Of a stretch of DNA of 25,217 bases, positions 16,104-24,336 are shown one piece after another. The DNA is from a bacterium (GTDB lineage: Bacteria; Desulfobacterota; DSWW01). Numbering within the stretch: position 1 is the first letter of the stretch; every line of letters begins with the position of its first letter. The position numbers were made by a program, and so were the translations under genes. The notes under the pieces are model-generated. The model was not told the origin of the DNA, did not search any database, and worked only from the letters and a program-made list of their open reading frames with translations. Location of the stretch: contig JBFLZG010000134.1 of assembly GCA_040756235.1 (NCBI GenBank), positions 65,519-90,735 on the forward strand. The letters run 5' to 3'.

Positions 16104-17105
16104 CTATATGAGGATCGGCACCCCGTACGCGGGATCATCGGTGAGGATCTCGAAGGCCGTGGCAAAAGGGCTTACGAGGCGTACGATCTCCCTGCCCTTT
16201 CGCAACAGCCGGATCTCCGAGGAGGCGATCTTGCTGTTCAGGCAGGCGTGCTCCCCTCCGGGCGGGTTGCGGTAGCGGAGGCCGGCAAAGGTTTCCTTGC
16301 GGGCGGCTACCTTGCAGCGGGCTTCGAACGCTCCGTCCCGGGTGGACAGGTGCCACTCCAAGCGCGCGGGGAAGGAGGCCTTGGCGCGCAGCAGGCAAGC
16401 CGGGCGATTGAACAGGTAATCCTGCCCCTCGTGGTGGAGGGCGAGAAAGCTGATGTAAGGGGTCCACACCGGCCCCAGCCTGAGCCGGGCGCTCATCATC
16501 TCCATGTAACTTCCCGGGTGTCCCTCGAAGCTGTTGCACTGTGCCCACGCATACTGATCCGTGTGCTTCTCTCCCCAGTTGTGGTTCTGGCTTCCCTTCC
16601 ATCCGGTCACGTCGATCCGTTCTCCGTCCACGGCCAGCTTTCCCTTCCAGGTGACGTCCGGATAGGGGGTCAGCCCCTTGGCTTTCGGAAGGGAACGGCC
16701 GTAGGCCCACTCCGGAAGGAAATGCAGGGGAGGGCCCGCCGTGGGGTACTCGAGGTCCCACTCGATCCGGCGCCCTCCGGAGGTGCAGACACCGGTTGCC
16801 GATCCGTCCGTGAGAGTCGCCTTGCCCACCCGCACCTCGAAGCGGTCGGCTGCGAACAGGCAGCTCCGGAGCGGAACCACCTCCTTGGTCGCCACCTTCG
16901 TTCCCTCGGCGCCCTCGAAGAAAACCGTCCAGAGCTCTCCCTCGGCGTTGTGCGGGCGGCCCTTGGGGGCGAAGATGGTGTACTTGATCCAGAAAGCCCT
17001 GGGGCCGTCCGGTGCGTTGCCGCGCAGGAAGTAGCTCTCGTAGAGCCCTTTCGTGTTGCCCGGCCTCCACCGGCTGTAATTGTCGACCTCGTTCTGTCGG
17101 ACCAT
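16104..17105 (-). CDS. Tocopherol-cyclase/AttH-like beta-barrel protein, ~333 aa
   Basis: YESYF, FWIKYT, I.WDL.Y, G.L.VDGERI, G..NHNWG..H...YAWAQCN.F motifs typical of tocopherol cyclase-like proteins; start at ATG 17105. Confidence 0.65.
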   Translation of the reverse strand: MVRQNEVDNYSRWRPGNTKGLYESYFLRGNAPDGPRAFWIKYTIFAPKGRPHNAEGELWTVFFEGAEGTKVATKEVVPLRSCLFAADRFEVRVGKATLTDGSATGVCTSGGRRIEWDLEYPTAGPPLHFLPEWAYGRSLPKAKGLTPYPDVTWKGKLAVDGERIDVTGWKGSQNHNWGEKHTDQYAWAQCNSFEGHPGSYMEMMSARLRLGPVWTPYISFLALHHEGQDYLFNRPACLLRAKASFPARLEWHLSTRDGAFEARCKVAARKETFAGLRYRNPPGGEHACLNSKIASSEIRLLRKGREIVRLVSPFATAFEILTDDPAYGVPILI

Positions 17106-17236
17106 GGACGGTGCCCCCTGCCGGAGACGGTTGCGGGTGAATTCTGCGAGCGAGCCCAAGGAAAACCTATCGGAAGCCTCGCCCCAAATCAAACGTGGCG
17201 CCGCGGGCAGGCGCGCTCGGAAGGGCGGCGGCAGGG

Positions 17237-17266
17237 TTGAAAGGCATCAGCCTCCTGGGCTATTCT
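17237..17266 (+). promoter_or_regulatory. Possible sigma70 promoter of the cyclophilin gene
   Basis: TTGAAA - 18 nt - TATTCT, ~40 bp before ATG 17309. Confidence 0.35.
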
Positions 17267-17308
17267 TGCCCGGTGATCGAATGGCAGGGAAGTCGAGGAG
17301 ATCCGACG

Positions 17309-18004
17309 ATGACGAGAATGGGGGTGCGGAAAGGATGGGCGGTGTTCGCCGGCGTGCTCTTTGCGCTGGCCCTGGGATGCAAGGCCCAAGACGAAGGCAA
17401 CAACGCGAGCGCGGAGGCCCCCGGGGCGAAGGAGGCGCATCCTGCCCAGGCTCCGGCCGCTCAGCAGCAGAAGGAGCAGGAAATGAGTCCCCGAGTCCAG
17501 ATGAAAACCAGCATGGGAGACATCGTCCTGGAGCTGGATCGCAAGAGGGCGCCCGTCACCGTGGAGAATTTTCTGCGGTACGCGCAGGACGGAACTTACC
17601 AGGGCACGATCTTCCATCGGGTGATCCCGGGGTTCATGGTCCAGGGCGGCGGCATGGAGCCCGGCCTCAAGATGAAGCCGACCAAGGGGCCGATCCGCAA
17701 CGAAGCCGGTAACGGCCTGAAGAACTTGCGAGGCACGGTCGCCATGGCGCGGACGGCGGTCGTGGACAGCGCCACTTGTCAGTTCTTCATCAACGTGAAA
17801 GACAACGCGTTCCTGGACCACCGGGACGAGACGCCGCAGGGTTTCGGCTACGCCGTCTTCGGGAAAGTCGTGGAAGGCATGGACGTGGTCGAAAAGATCG
17901 AGAAGGTCCCCACCGGTTCGAGAGGGCCGCACGGGGACGTGCCTCTTCAAGACGTGACCATCATCGGGGTCGAGGTTGAGGCCGGTCAGACCCCGTCGCC
18001 CTGA
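17309..18004 (+). CDS. ppiA: Cyclophilin-type peptidyl-prolyl cis-trans isomerase with lipoprotein signal, ~231 aa
   Basis: [48 protein letters not shown]; lipobox LALG-C; RBS GAGGAG. Confidence 0.92.
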   Translation: MTRMGVRKGWAVFAGVLFALALGCKAQDEGNNASAEAPGAKEAHPAQAPAAQQQKEQEMSPRVQMKTSMGDIVLELDRKRAPVTVENFLRYAQDGTYQGTIFHRVIPGFMVQGGGMEPGLKMKPTKGPIRNEAGNGLKNLRGTVAMARTAVVDSATCQFFINVKDNAFLDHRDETPQGFGYAVFGKVVEGMDVVEKIEKVPTGSRGPHGDVPLQDVTIIGVEVEAGQTPSP

Positions 18005-18005
18005 A

Positions 18006-18021
18006 AGGCTGTCGAGAAACG
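18006..18021 (+). repeat. Left inverted repeat (IS/MITE-end-like), pairs with 19895-19910
   Basis: AGGCTGTCGAGAAACG versus the reverse complement of 19895-19910, AGGCTGTCGATAAACG (15/16 identical). Confidence 0.65.
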
Positions 18022-18568
18022 CTCATCGGCAGAACCTGCTGCGAACGCAGCGAAGACCCCCACGAGCCGGGCTGTTGCGGCGCGCTGAAGCAAGCGCCGC
18101 GGGCCTGTCCTTTGTCCGGCAGACGGGTGCCTCCCAGCCGTCGCTGTGCGGATCTGTTCTTCGGAGGGCGGCAGAGAGTCCTCCCGCCGGCTTTCCCGGG
18201 GCTTCCTATCGACTCGTCCACGCAGGCGGTGCGGCGCTTTTCAATCTCGCTGCAGAGATCCTCGAGCATGCCGGGCACCACGAGCTGGAGGCCGATCTTC
18301 ACCATCCAGGCCGAAAGGCTCTTCCCGGGCCCGAAGCTCTCGTAAGAGATCCCGCTGCCGGCGGCGGTCTCCCGGACACGGACCTTCCCGAGCCGGCCGG
18401 CCATGCCGCCTTGCTCCACCCTCGGCACTCGCCGGGGGGGGGCCGGATCCGAACCACGGACGAACTCGAATCCGGCCAGCGGCCAGGGGGATCGACGCAA
18501 AGACCGTAGCGGGCCTGCCGCGCGGAAGCCTCCAGAGGCACGACCCGGGAAACCAGACAGGGGTCGAG

Positions 18569-18616
18569 TTGCAATTTGACGGTCTCGTATTATATTACGT
18601 ATATTAAAATTAACGT
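18569..18616 (+). promoter_or_regulatory. AT-rich promoter region of the kinase-like gene
   Basis: TTGCAA-16-TATATT with an overlapping TTGACG-18-TATATT; tandem TATATTA in an otherwise GC-rich context. Confidence 0.45.
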
Positions 18617-18637
18617 CATGGAAAGTGGAGAACCTCC

Positions 18638-19864
18638 GTGATCGACTTTCCCCCAGGATGCAATGCACGGGTCGGCTCGATCGTGGCCGGGCGCTTCCGA
18701 GTGCAGGAGACGATCCGCGCCGGTCGGGTTTTCAGCGTTCATACGGCCTTTGACCTTCTGCGCAGAGAGCCGGTCCGCCTGTGGACCTTTGCCCCCGCCC
18801 TCCGGCAGGAACACCCGTGGCAGGCCGTCCGCTTCCGCGAGCTTGCCGAGCAGCGCTACCGGGTCCGGCACCAGCTGTTCTTGAATGTCGTTCTGGTGGG
18901 AGAGGAGGACGACAGCCTGTTCTTTGTCGAGGAGACTCCCGGGGGCGAGTGCCTGCAGGCGGCCATCCACAGGAGGCGGGAGGCCCACGAGCCGTTTTCC
19001 ATCACGGAAGCCGTGGTCATGGCCCGGCTCCTCTGCCAGGCCCTCTCCCATCTCCACGGCTCCTCCGCGGTCCACGGTTTTCTCAACCCGGAGGAGGTAG
19101 TCCTGGAGGCCTGGGTGCGAGGACCGGTCGCCTTCTACCCCCGGGTCTCGGGGATGGGCCTGAGGGACCGGCTCCGCGACCTGGGGATGGGTTGTGACGT
19201 GCTGTCCGAGGAGGCGGCCTCCTATGCGCCGCCGGAGTTCGCGGGCCCCCTTGCGCTCCGGAAGGAATCCGATGTTCACGGGATCGGAGCGATTCTTTAC
19301 ACGTTGCTGACGCTGAGGCCGCCGACCGGCTGCTTCGTGCGGCCCAGTCGGCTTCGCCCCGATGCCCCGGCGGAGCTGGACGAAATCCTGCTCAAGGCCA
19401 TGGAGGAGGATCCCGAGGACAGGTTCCGGAGCACGGAGGACCTGCTCGGGGCCCTGGAAGGAGTCGAGTTTCAAGGGTTCGATGCCGATAACATCCGGAA
19501 GGCTGAAGAACAGCTGCTGGCTCCATGGCCGGAGGGAATCCGAAGCCCGGAACAGGGGAAGGGGGCGCTCGAGGACCAGGCCGGGCAGCTTGCCAGGGCC
19601 ATCCAGCTCCTGGCCGAACCGGCCCCGGCGGCACCGCGACCCCGCTCGAGACTGCGATCCTTCCTGCGCTCGGTCCCGATGCTTTCCCGGTTTGTCCTGA
19701 TTCTTCTGGCCCTGGCTCTTCTTCTGCTGGCGTCTCGGGACGTCGGGTGGCCTCCCTGGAAGAAACGTTCAGCGGCAGAGAATACCAGGAAGTGGGACCA
19801 GCTGTTCCGGACAGAGCGTGGGACCCGGCCGGCCGCAGACGACAGCCGGAGCGAGACGCCTTGA
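18638..19864 (+). CDS. Hanks-type Ser/Thr kinase-fold protein, apparently a pseudokinase, with a C-terminal TM helix, 408 aa
   Basis: Kinase scaffold (AGRFRV, LSHLH, YAPPE, SDVHGIG.ILY.LLT..PP, P.DRF) with degenerate catalytic motifs; hydrophobic FVLILLALALLLLA. Confidence 0.8.
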   Translation: MIDFPPGCNARVGSIVAGRFRVQETIRAGRVFSVHTAFDLLRREPVRLWTFAPALRQEHPWQAVRFRELAEQRYRVRHQLFLNVVLVGEEDDSLFFVEETPGGECLQAAIHRRREAHEPFSITEAVVMARLLCQALSHLHGSSAVHGFLNPEEVVLEAWVRGPVAFYPRVSGMGLRDRLRDLGMGCDVLSEEAASYAPPEFAGPLALRKESDVHGIGAILYTLLTLRPPTGCFVRPSRLRPDAPAELDEILLKAMEEDPEDRFRSTEDLLGALEGVEFQGFDADNIRKAEEQLLAPWPEGIRSPEQGKGALEDQAGQLARAIQLLAEPAPAAPRPRSRLRSFLRSVPMLSRFVLILLALALLLLASRDVGWPPWKKRSAAENTRKWDQLFRTERGTRPAADDSRSETP

Positions 19865-19894
19865 GGGGGTCCTCACCGCATCGGCTCTCATGGC

Positions 19895-19910
19895 CGTTTA
19901 TCGACAGCCT
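19895..19910 (-). repeat. Right inverted repeat, pairs with 18006-18021
   Basis: CGTTTATCGACAGCCT. Confidence 0.65.
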
Positions 19911-19918
19911 CTCGGTGG

Positions 19919-20683
19919 GTGGGGGAGGACGGGCAAGTGCCGCAGGACCGCCGTGGCCCGAGACGTGGAGGAGCGTTCTCCTGCCTGACGCTGTGGCTCG
20001 CAGCGGTCCTGCCGCTGTGGGCGGTGTGGGGCTTTTCCTGGGTGACCCTTCGGGGGGTTCAGAGGGAAACGGGGCAAGTGGCTCGCTATTACGGAGAGTA
20101 TCTCTACAAGGAGCTCCTGCGGAACCAGCTCGGCAGGACCGCGCAGGTGGTGGAGTCCGCCACCAAAAGAGAAGGCCGGGCTGCCCGGAGCCCCTCAGGC
20201 GCGGACCTCGCCCGCATCGCCGAGCTCTCCGGCCTCGAGGACGCCCTGCTGCTCATCCGACGAGAGCAGTTTCGGATCCTTTACCCTGCTCCTGCCGACC
20301 TGGAGAGCTCCTCGGCTTTCCTGGGTGACGAGGGAGCGAGGGAAGAGCTCTTGCGGACGCTCAGCCAGATGGTCATGCACGGTTCGGAAGAAGGGTACTT
20401 TTCTCTGACGTGGGAGGGCAACCCTGGGCCGCACGAACAGAGACATTTCGTCTTCGTGGCGCCTGCGGGTTCCCTGCTCTGCGTCCTGCTGCTGCCGGAG
20501 CAAGACATGCAGATTTCGGGGGGATCGCTTGCCGGGGCGCTGCCGGCGGTCGTAGCCGAGCGGCTGCGCGGCTACCTTCTCCTGAGCATCCCTTTCGTGA
20601 TGCTTGCTTCCGTTCTGATCTGGCTGGCGGCTCGCGGCGCCGCGGTCGAGCCGGGGCCTTCAGCGACTGAGGAGGCCACATGA
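19919..20683 (+). CDS. Two-TM membrane protein with an extracytoplasmic Cache-like domain and no cytoplasmic output domain, ~254 aa (start uncertain)
   Basis: TM1 LTLWLAAVLPLWAVWGFSW and TM2 LLLSIPFVMLASVLIWLAA. The region between has a long helix followed by a Cache-like pattern (ILYP...EGYFSLTW...FVFVAP...LCVLL); only ~15 aa follow TM2. Confidence 0.65.
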   Translation: MGEDGQVPQDRRGPRRGGAFSCLTLWLAAVLPLWAVWGFSWVTLRGVQRETGQVARYYGEYLYKELLRNQLGRTAQVVESATKREGRAARSPSGADLARIAELSGLEDALLLIRREQFRILYPAPADLESSSAFLGDEGAREELLRTLSQMVMHGSEEGYFSLTWEGNPGPHEQRHFVFVAPAGSLLCVLLLPEQDMQISGGSLAGALPAVVAERLRGYLLLSIPFVMLASVLIWLAARGAAVEPGPSATEEAT

Positions 20684-21429
20684 CTCCCTCCAAGAGAGAA
20701 ACGGTTGTTTTTCTGGGTCTGGACGATCGCCTGCTCTGGCAACTGACGCGTGCCCTGGCTGCCTGGGAGGGGGTGATTGTCTACCGCTGTGCGGCCACCG
20801 CGCCGGAAGTGATCCGGATGTGCGAGCAGGAGCCGATCGGCGCGCTCGTGGTGAACGGTCCGGAGCTGGCTGCCGAGGCGGTCCGCTTTCTCCGGAGCGC
20901 CGCTCCGGAGCGTGCCATGCCTTCCACCTGGGTCGTACTGGCCGATTCGATCCCTCCCGGGGGGATCCTGGTGCCGGGCCTCCCACCGAGGACTCTGTTC
21001 ATGGAAAAGCCGTTCAATCCGAAGGAATTTCCGTCAAGGCTGATGGAGGCCATAGAAGGAACGCCGAGCGCGGAGCCGGAAGCCGCCGGGCTGCCGCCTC
21101 CGGCACCCCTCGAGACGGCGCTGGAGGAGCCTCCTTCCGAAGAGATTCGCCCTCCCGTGGTGCTGCCGGGCGAGCGTTACCTCGAGAGCCCCGCGTACTC
21201 GGCGCCACCGGAAGGAAAAGCGCCGCCCGCGGAGGAACCAGGCCCTTCCGCCATGCAGGGCGGGGAAGAAGGGGATTTTTACGAGTACCTGGCCAGGGGC
21301 TTCGAATGCATGAAGAACGGGGATCGGCCAGGGGCTCTGGAGAACTGGAAGGCGGCGCTCGTCCTCCGCCCCGACGACCGCCGGCTCGTGGCCAACGTGA
21401 AGCGCCTCGAGGCCCAGGAAAAGCGCTGA
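20680..21429 (+). CDS. Atypical (pseudo)receiver domain, Pro/Glu-rich linker and C-terminal TPR-like hairpin, 249 aa
   Basis: REC topology VVFLGLDD..AAT..EVI..PIGALVVN..WVVLA..FMEKPF; C-terminal LARGFE..GD..GALENWKAALVLRPDD; ATGA coupling to the previous gene. Confidence 0.7.
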   Translation: MTPSKRETVVFLGLDDRLLWQLTRALAAWEGVIVYRCAATAPEVIRMCEQEPIGALVVNGPELAAEAVRFLRSAAPERAMPSTWVVLADSIPPGGILVPGLPPRTLFMEKPFNPKEFPSRLMEAIEGTPSAEPEAAGLPPPAPLETALEEPPSEEIRPPVVLPGERYLESPAYSAPPEGKAPPAEEPGPSAMQGGEEGDFYEYLARGFECMKNGDRPGALENWKAALVLRPDDRRLVANVKRLEAQEKR

Positions 21430-21438
21430 GCGGCTCCT

Positions 21439-21670
21439 GTCATACCGGCAGCGCCGCAGGCCGGAATTCCCCCTAGGAGGCTGTCCATAAATGCCGAATT
21501 CTTGGACAGGCTCCTGGCCTCTCCTTATGGGAGGCTGTCGAAGAAGGAATCCCCTCTCCCCCGTGCACGGGGGAGAGGGACAGGGTGAGGGGGAAACAGG
21601 GACGGATTCACCCCTCATCCCGACCTTCTCCCCTCGGCGAGGGGAGAAGGTGAGAAAATCGACAACCCTC
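21439..21670. repeat. REP/MITE-like mosaic between convergent genes
   Basis: GTCATACCGGC..GCCGGAATTCC; GAGGCTGTCCA/TGGACAGGCTC (21477-21513); GAGGCTGTCG (21531); perfect palindrome CCCTCTCCCCCGTGCACGGGGGAGAGGG (21552-21579); 44-bp copy of 40-83. Confidence 0.8.
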
Positions 21671-21679
21671 GTCCCCCCC

Positions 21680-22174
21680 CTACAGCCGCAGCTGCATCCA
21701 GACGACGTCAAAGTCCTCGCCGAGCTTCCTGCCGACCGTGAGGAACCTGCCGCATTCGCGAAATCCCTGCTTGCGGTGAAAGCACAGGCTCTGCTCGTTT
21801 TGTGAAGAGATCGCCGCCAGCAGGCAGTCGATGCCCCTGGCCGGGGCCGCCTCGATCAGCCTGCCCAGCAGGGCCGAACCGATCCCCTTGCGCGTGTGCT
21901 CAGGCAGGATGAAGTTAGTGACCTCGGCGGTCCTGAGGAAGGTCGCGGCCGGATGGAACGCCCGCAGGAACGCGAACCCGACGACCTGTCCGGTACCGGC
22001 TTCCCTTGCCACGAGTGAAGGGTATCCCCTGGCCATCTCCAGGAAGCGGGCGAACGCCTCGTAAGGCAGCGGCTCCTCGAGAAAGGCCGCGAAGCTGTTC
22101 GTGACGAAATGATTGAAGATGTCGATCACCGCGTTCCGGTGGAGATGCGACATCGGCTCGAAGCTGTAAGCCAT
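21680..22174 (-). CDS. GNAT N-acetyltransferase, phosphinothricin acetyltransferase (Pat/YncA)-like, 164 aa
   Basis: IFN.FV.NS.A.F, VVGFA, acetyl-CoA motif TRKGIGSALL, N..SL.FH.K.GF..G....VG.K....DV.WMQ. Confidence 0.9.
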   Translation of the reverse strand: MAYSFEPMSHLHRNAVIDIFNHFVTNSFAAFLEEPLPYEAFARFLEMARGYPSLVAREAGTGQVVGFAFLRAFHPAATFLRTAEVTNFILPEHTRKGIGSALLGRLIEAAPARGIDCLLAAISSQNEQSLCFHRKQGFRECGRFLTVGRKLGEDFDVVWMQLRL

Positions 22175-22303
22175 GTGTTCCGATCCGTATTCGGGATTGG
22201 GTGTACCGGGGCTGGGAGGACCACCCTGCGCATCGCCCGGGGGCCCCAAGCCTCCCGCGTGCGGCAAGGAATGTCAATCAATGAGAGCAGCCGGCGGAAA
22301 AGG

Positions 22304-22332
22304 CGAGGCCCCCGCATGGGCCGGGGGCCTCG
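22304..22332 (-). terminator. Intrinsic terminator downstream of the metalloprotease gene
   Basis: Perfect 11-bp stem CGAGGCCCCCG/CGGGGGCCTCG with a 7-nt loop, followed on the minus strand by CCTTTT. Confidence 0.6.
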
Positions 22333-22356
22333 TGCATGCCGAGGAAGTCCGGTCGA

Positions 22357-24222
22357 TCAATTATAAGGGTAACGGATCGGATCGCCTTCGTGCGGTGCCG
22401 CGCCCGGCACGATACGCAGCTTCGGCGCCAGCTCGGCGGTGCTGATGCCGAGGAGGTTCGCCGCGAGCAGGGTCACCTGGTAGGACGCCCTGGCCAGGCG
22501 CGCAGATTGCTGATACTGCCACGCGTCGAAATACGCGACCCCCGCGCATCGATACTGGGCCGCCAGCTCGAGCAACGGCGCCACCGTCCCGGCATCCGGG
22601 TGCGCGAGGATGTCGTCGAGCAGCCCGTTCGCCCAGTTCAGGAAGCCGGCGAACTCGTAGCGGTGCATGTTGGCCCGATCGAACCTGCCGAAGCTGTTGC
22701 TCAAGGAAATATAGTGCATTACGGTATCGCTCTCGTCGCCGGACCACGCGAAGTAGTACTCGTCTGACGAACCGTAGTCCAGACCCATGGCCGAGTCATA
22801 GCCGTCGTGCGGGTGCGACAAGCCGATGTGATGCCCGAACTCGTGCACCGTGGTGCTGCTGAAGCCGTAGCCGAGGTCACGGTATTCCGCGCTGTCGAAC
22901 TGAAAGACGTAGCTCTGCGTGCCGTCGATCCAGTTGTCGTCGGAGAATCCCAGCAGCCCGTAATGGGGGCCGAGATTGGCCGCCGTAGTGTTGAAGGCGA
23001 ACACCTTGCCGACGTAGTCGTGAGGGCCGTAATCCGGAACGTACGACGCCATGTTGCCATCGAAGAAGCAGAACAGCTCCGCGTAGGGATCGCCGTACGG
23101 ATCCCAGCAATCCGACTCGGAGAGCAGCTCGGCAAAGATGCGGAAGGCGCGCTCGGCGGCATCGTCGATCGGATCGTTGTCTTCGAGCGCCACGTTCCAG
23201 CGGTAGTACGGCTCGAACTGGCGCATCTTCTGATAGATGTAAGCGGTGTCGATCCAATCGAGCCCGCTGCTGGCATCATCGTCCTCGAACATCTCGACAT
23301 GGACCACCTTGCCGCCGCCCAGGCCCGGCGCGGTCACGAGGGGATCGTACAACGGCGAGGAGGTGAACAGCAGATTGATGCCGACGAAACGCGTGATCAG
23401 GCCAAGATCGTTGCTCAGCGCCGAAGGGTCGCGGTACCCGCCGGCCGCATACTCCCAGACCGGCGGCATCCGGTAATCCTCGGTGCCGTTGCCGTCCAGA
23501 TCGAGAACGTCCACGTAGTAGTTGTCGGTCCACGCCTCAGGGCCCGCGGACAGATCGTAGAACCAGGTGTAGCCGTAAGTCCCGCCCCAGGCGATCATCT
23601 TGCGGGAGGCGCGTTCGGCCCCGAAGTTGTAACCGGTATCGGGGTCGATTTCGTTCGTCTTGGTGTAGACGTGGAACTGGAAGTCGGGACGGCTGTACCA
23701 GTTGATGAAGAAGATGGTATAGCTGTGCTTCGGGTCGATCCCGAGCCGCTTGTGGCCGACGGCGGTCAGCCACTTCTCGACGGAAGGCGCATCGATGTAC
23801 AGGACCGGCGGGATGACGTCCAGCACGTTGGCAAGCATGTTGTTATAATGCGTCTGGAATTCGGTGGGATCGCCGGCCGTTGCGATGGAGGTCAGGTAAC
23901 TGAAGAACGCATCTTCAAACCTCTGATCCGGGTACAGAACGTTATAGGAGAAATGGAACTCGAGGCCGAGGTCACGTCCCGGCAGGCCGTAGAACTGGGG
24001 GTATCTCACGAGCGGTAGGTAGCCGGCCGGAAGCCCGTCGAGCAGGTCGGCTTCGTCGATCGCCCCGTCATAGCCGATGAAGACCAGATTGATCTGGATG
24101 TCCTGCTCGAAGGTGATCGGTTCGCCCGGGGGCTGGTCGCAGGGCGTGGCGGCCGACGCCGGCAACACCCGCATCGACACGAGCAGCAAAACGCCCAAGA
24201 GCATCAAAATTCTTTTCTGCAT
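22357..24222 (-). CDS. Secreted acidic zinc metalloprotease (metzincin-like), ~621 aa
   Basis: Signal peptide MQKRILMLLGVLLLVSMRVLPASA; HEFGHHIGLSH (HExxHxxGxxH); Met-turn DTVMHY; DLDGNGTED Ca-loop-like motif; RBS GGAGG before ATG 24222. Confidence 0.85.
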   Translation of the reverse strand: MQKRILMLLGVLLLVSMRVLPASAATPCDQPPGEPITFEQDIQINLVFIGYDGAIDEADLLDGLPAGYLPLVRYPQFYGLPGRDLGLEFHFSYNVLYPDQRFEDAFFSYLTSIATAGDPTEFQTHYNNMLANVLDVIPPVLYIDAPSVEKWLTAVGHKRLGIDPKHSYTIFFINWYSRPDFQFHVYTKTNEIDPDTGYNFGAERASRKMIAWGGTYGYTWFYDLSAGPEAWTDNYYVDVLDLDGNGTEDYRMPPVWEYAAGGYRDPSALSNDLGLITRFVGINLLFTSSPLYDPLVTAPGLGGGKVVHVEMFEDDDASSGLDWIDTAYIYQKMRQFEPYYRWNVALEDNDPIDDAAERAFRIFAELLSESDCWDPYGDPYAELFCFFDGNMASYVPDYGPHDYVGKVFAFNTTAANLGPHYGLLGFSDDNWIDGTQSYVFQFDSAEYRDLGYGFSSTTVHEFGHHIGLSHPHDGYDSAMGLDYGSSDEYYFAWSGDESDTVMHYISLSNSFGRFDRANMHRYEFAGFLNWANGLLDDILAHPDAGTVAPLLELAAQYRCAGVAYFDAWQYQQSARLARASYQVTLLAANLLGISTAELAPKLRIVPGAAPHEGDPIRYPYN

Positions 24223-24271
24223 GGGAGCCTCCGCGGTGGTACGTGGGCCGAGACCGAATCTCCAGAGCATC

Positions 24272-24300
24272 ATATTAGGAGAAATAATATTCTAGGTCAA
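24272..24300 (-). promoter_or_regulatory. sigma70-type promoter of the metalloprotease gene with an overlapping palindrome
   Basis: Minus strand TTGACC-17-TAATAT; inverted repeat ATATTA-N7-TAATAT at 24272-24290. Confidence 0.5.
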
Positions 24301-24336
24301 GTAAAACAATCAGCTAGATGAACAGGAGAACAGGAG

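Noticed and set aside
17961..18668. 235-aa minus-strand ORF as an intact gene
   Set aside because: It overlaps the ppiA end and the kinase start, runs through promoter and repeat DNA, and is mostly low-complexity; only a central stretch looks protein-like.
21680..22174. GNAT as an integron cassette or resistance gene
   Set aside because: No attC box geometry is seen downstream (only REP/MITE-like repeats), and Pat/YncA-like GNATs are common chromosomal genes.
22807..24018. 403-aa plus-strand ORF
   Set aside because: Antisense shadow of the metalloprotease gene.
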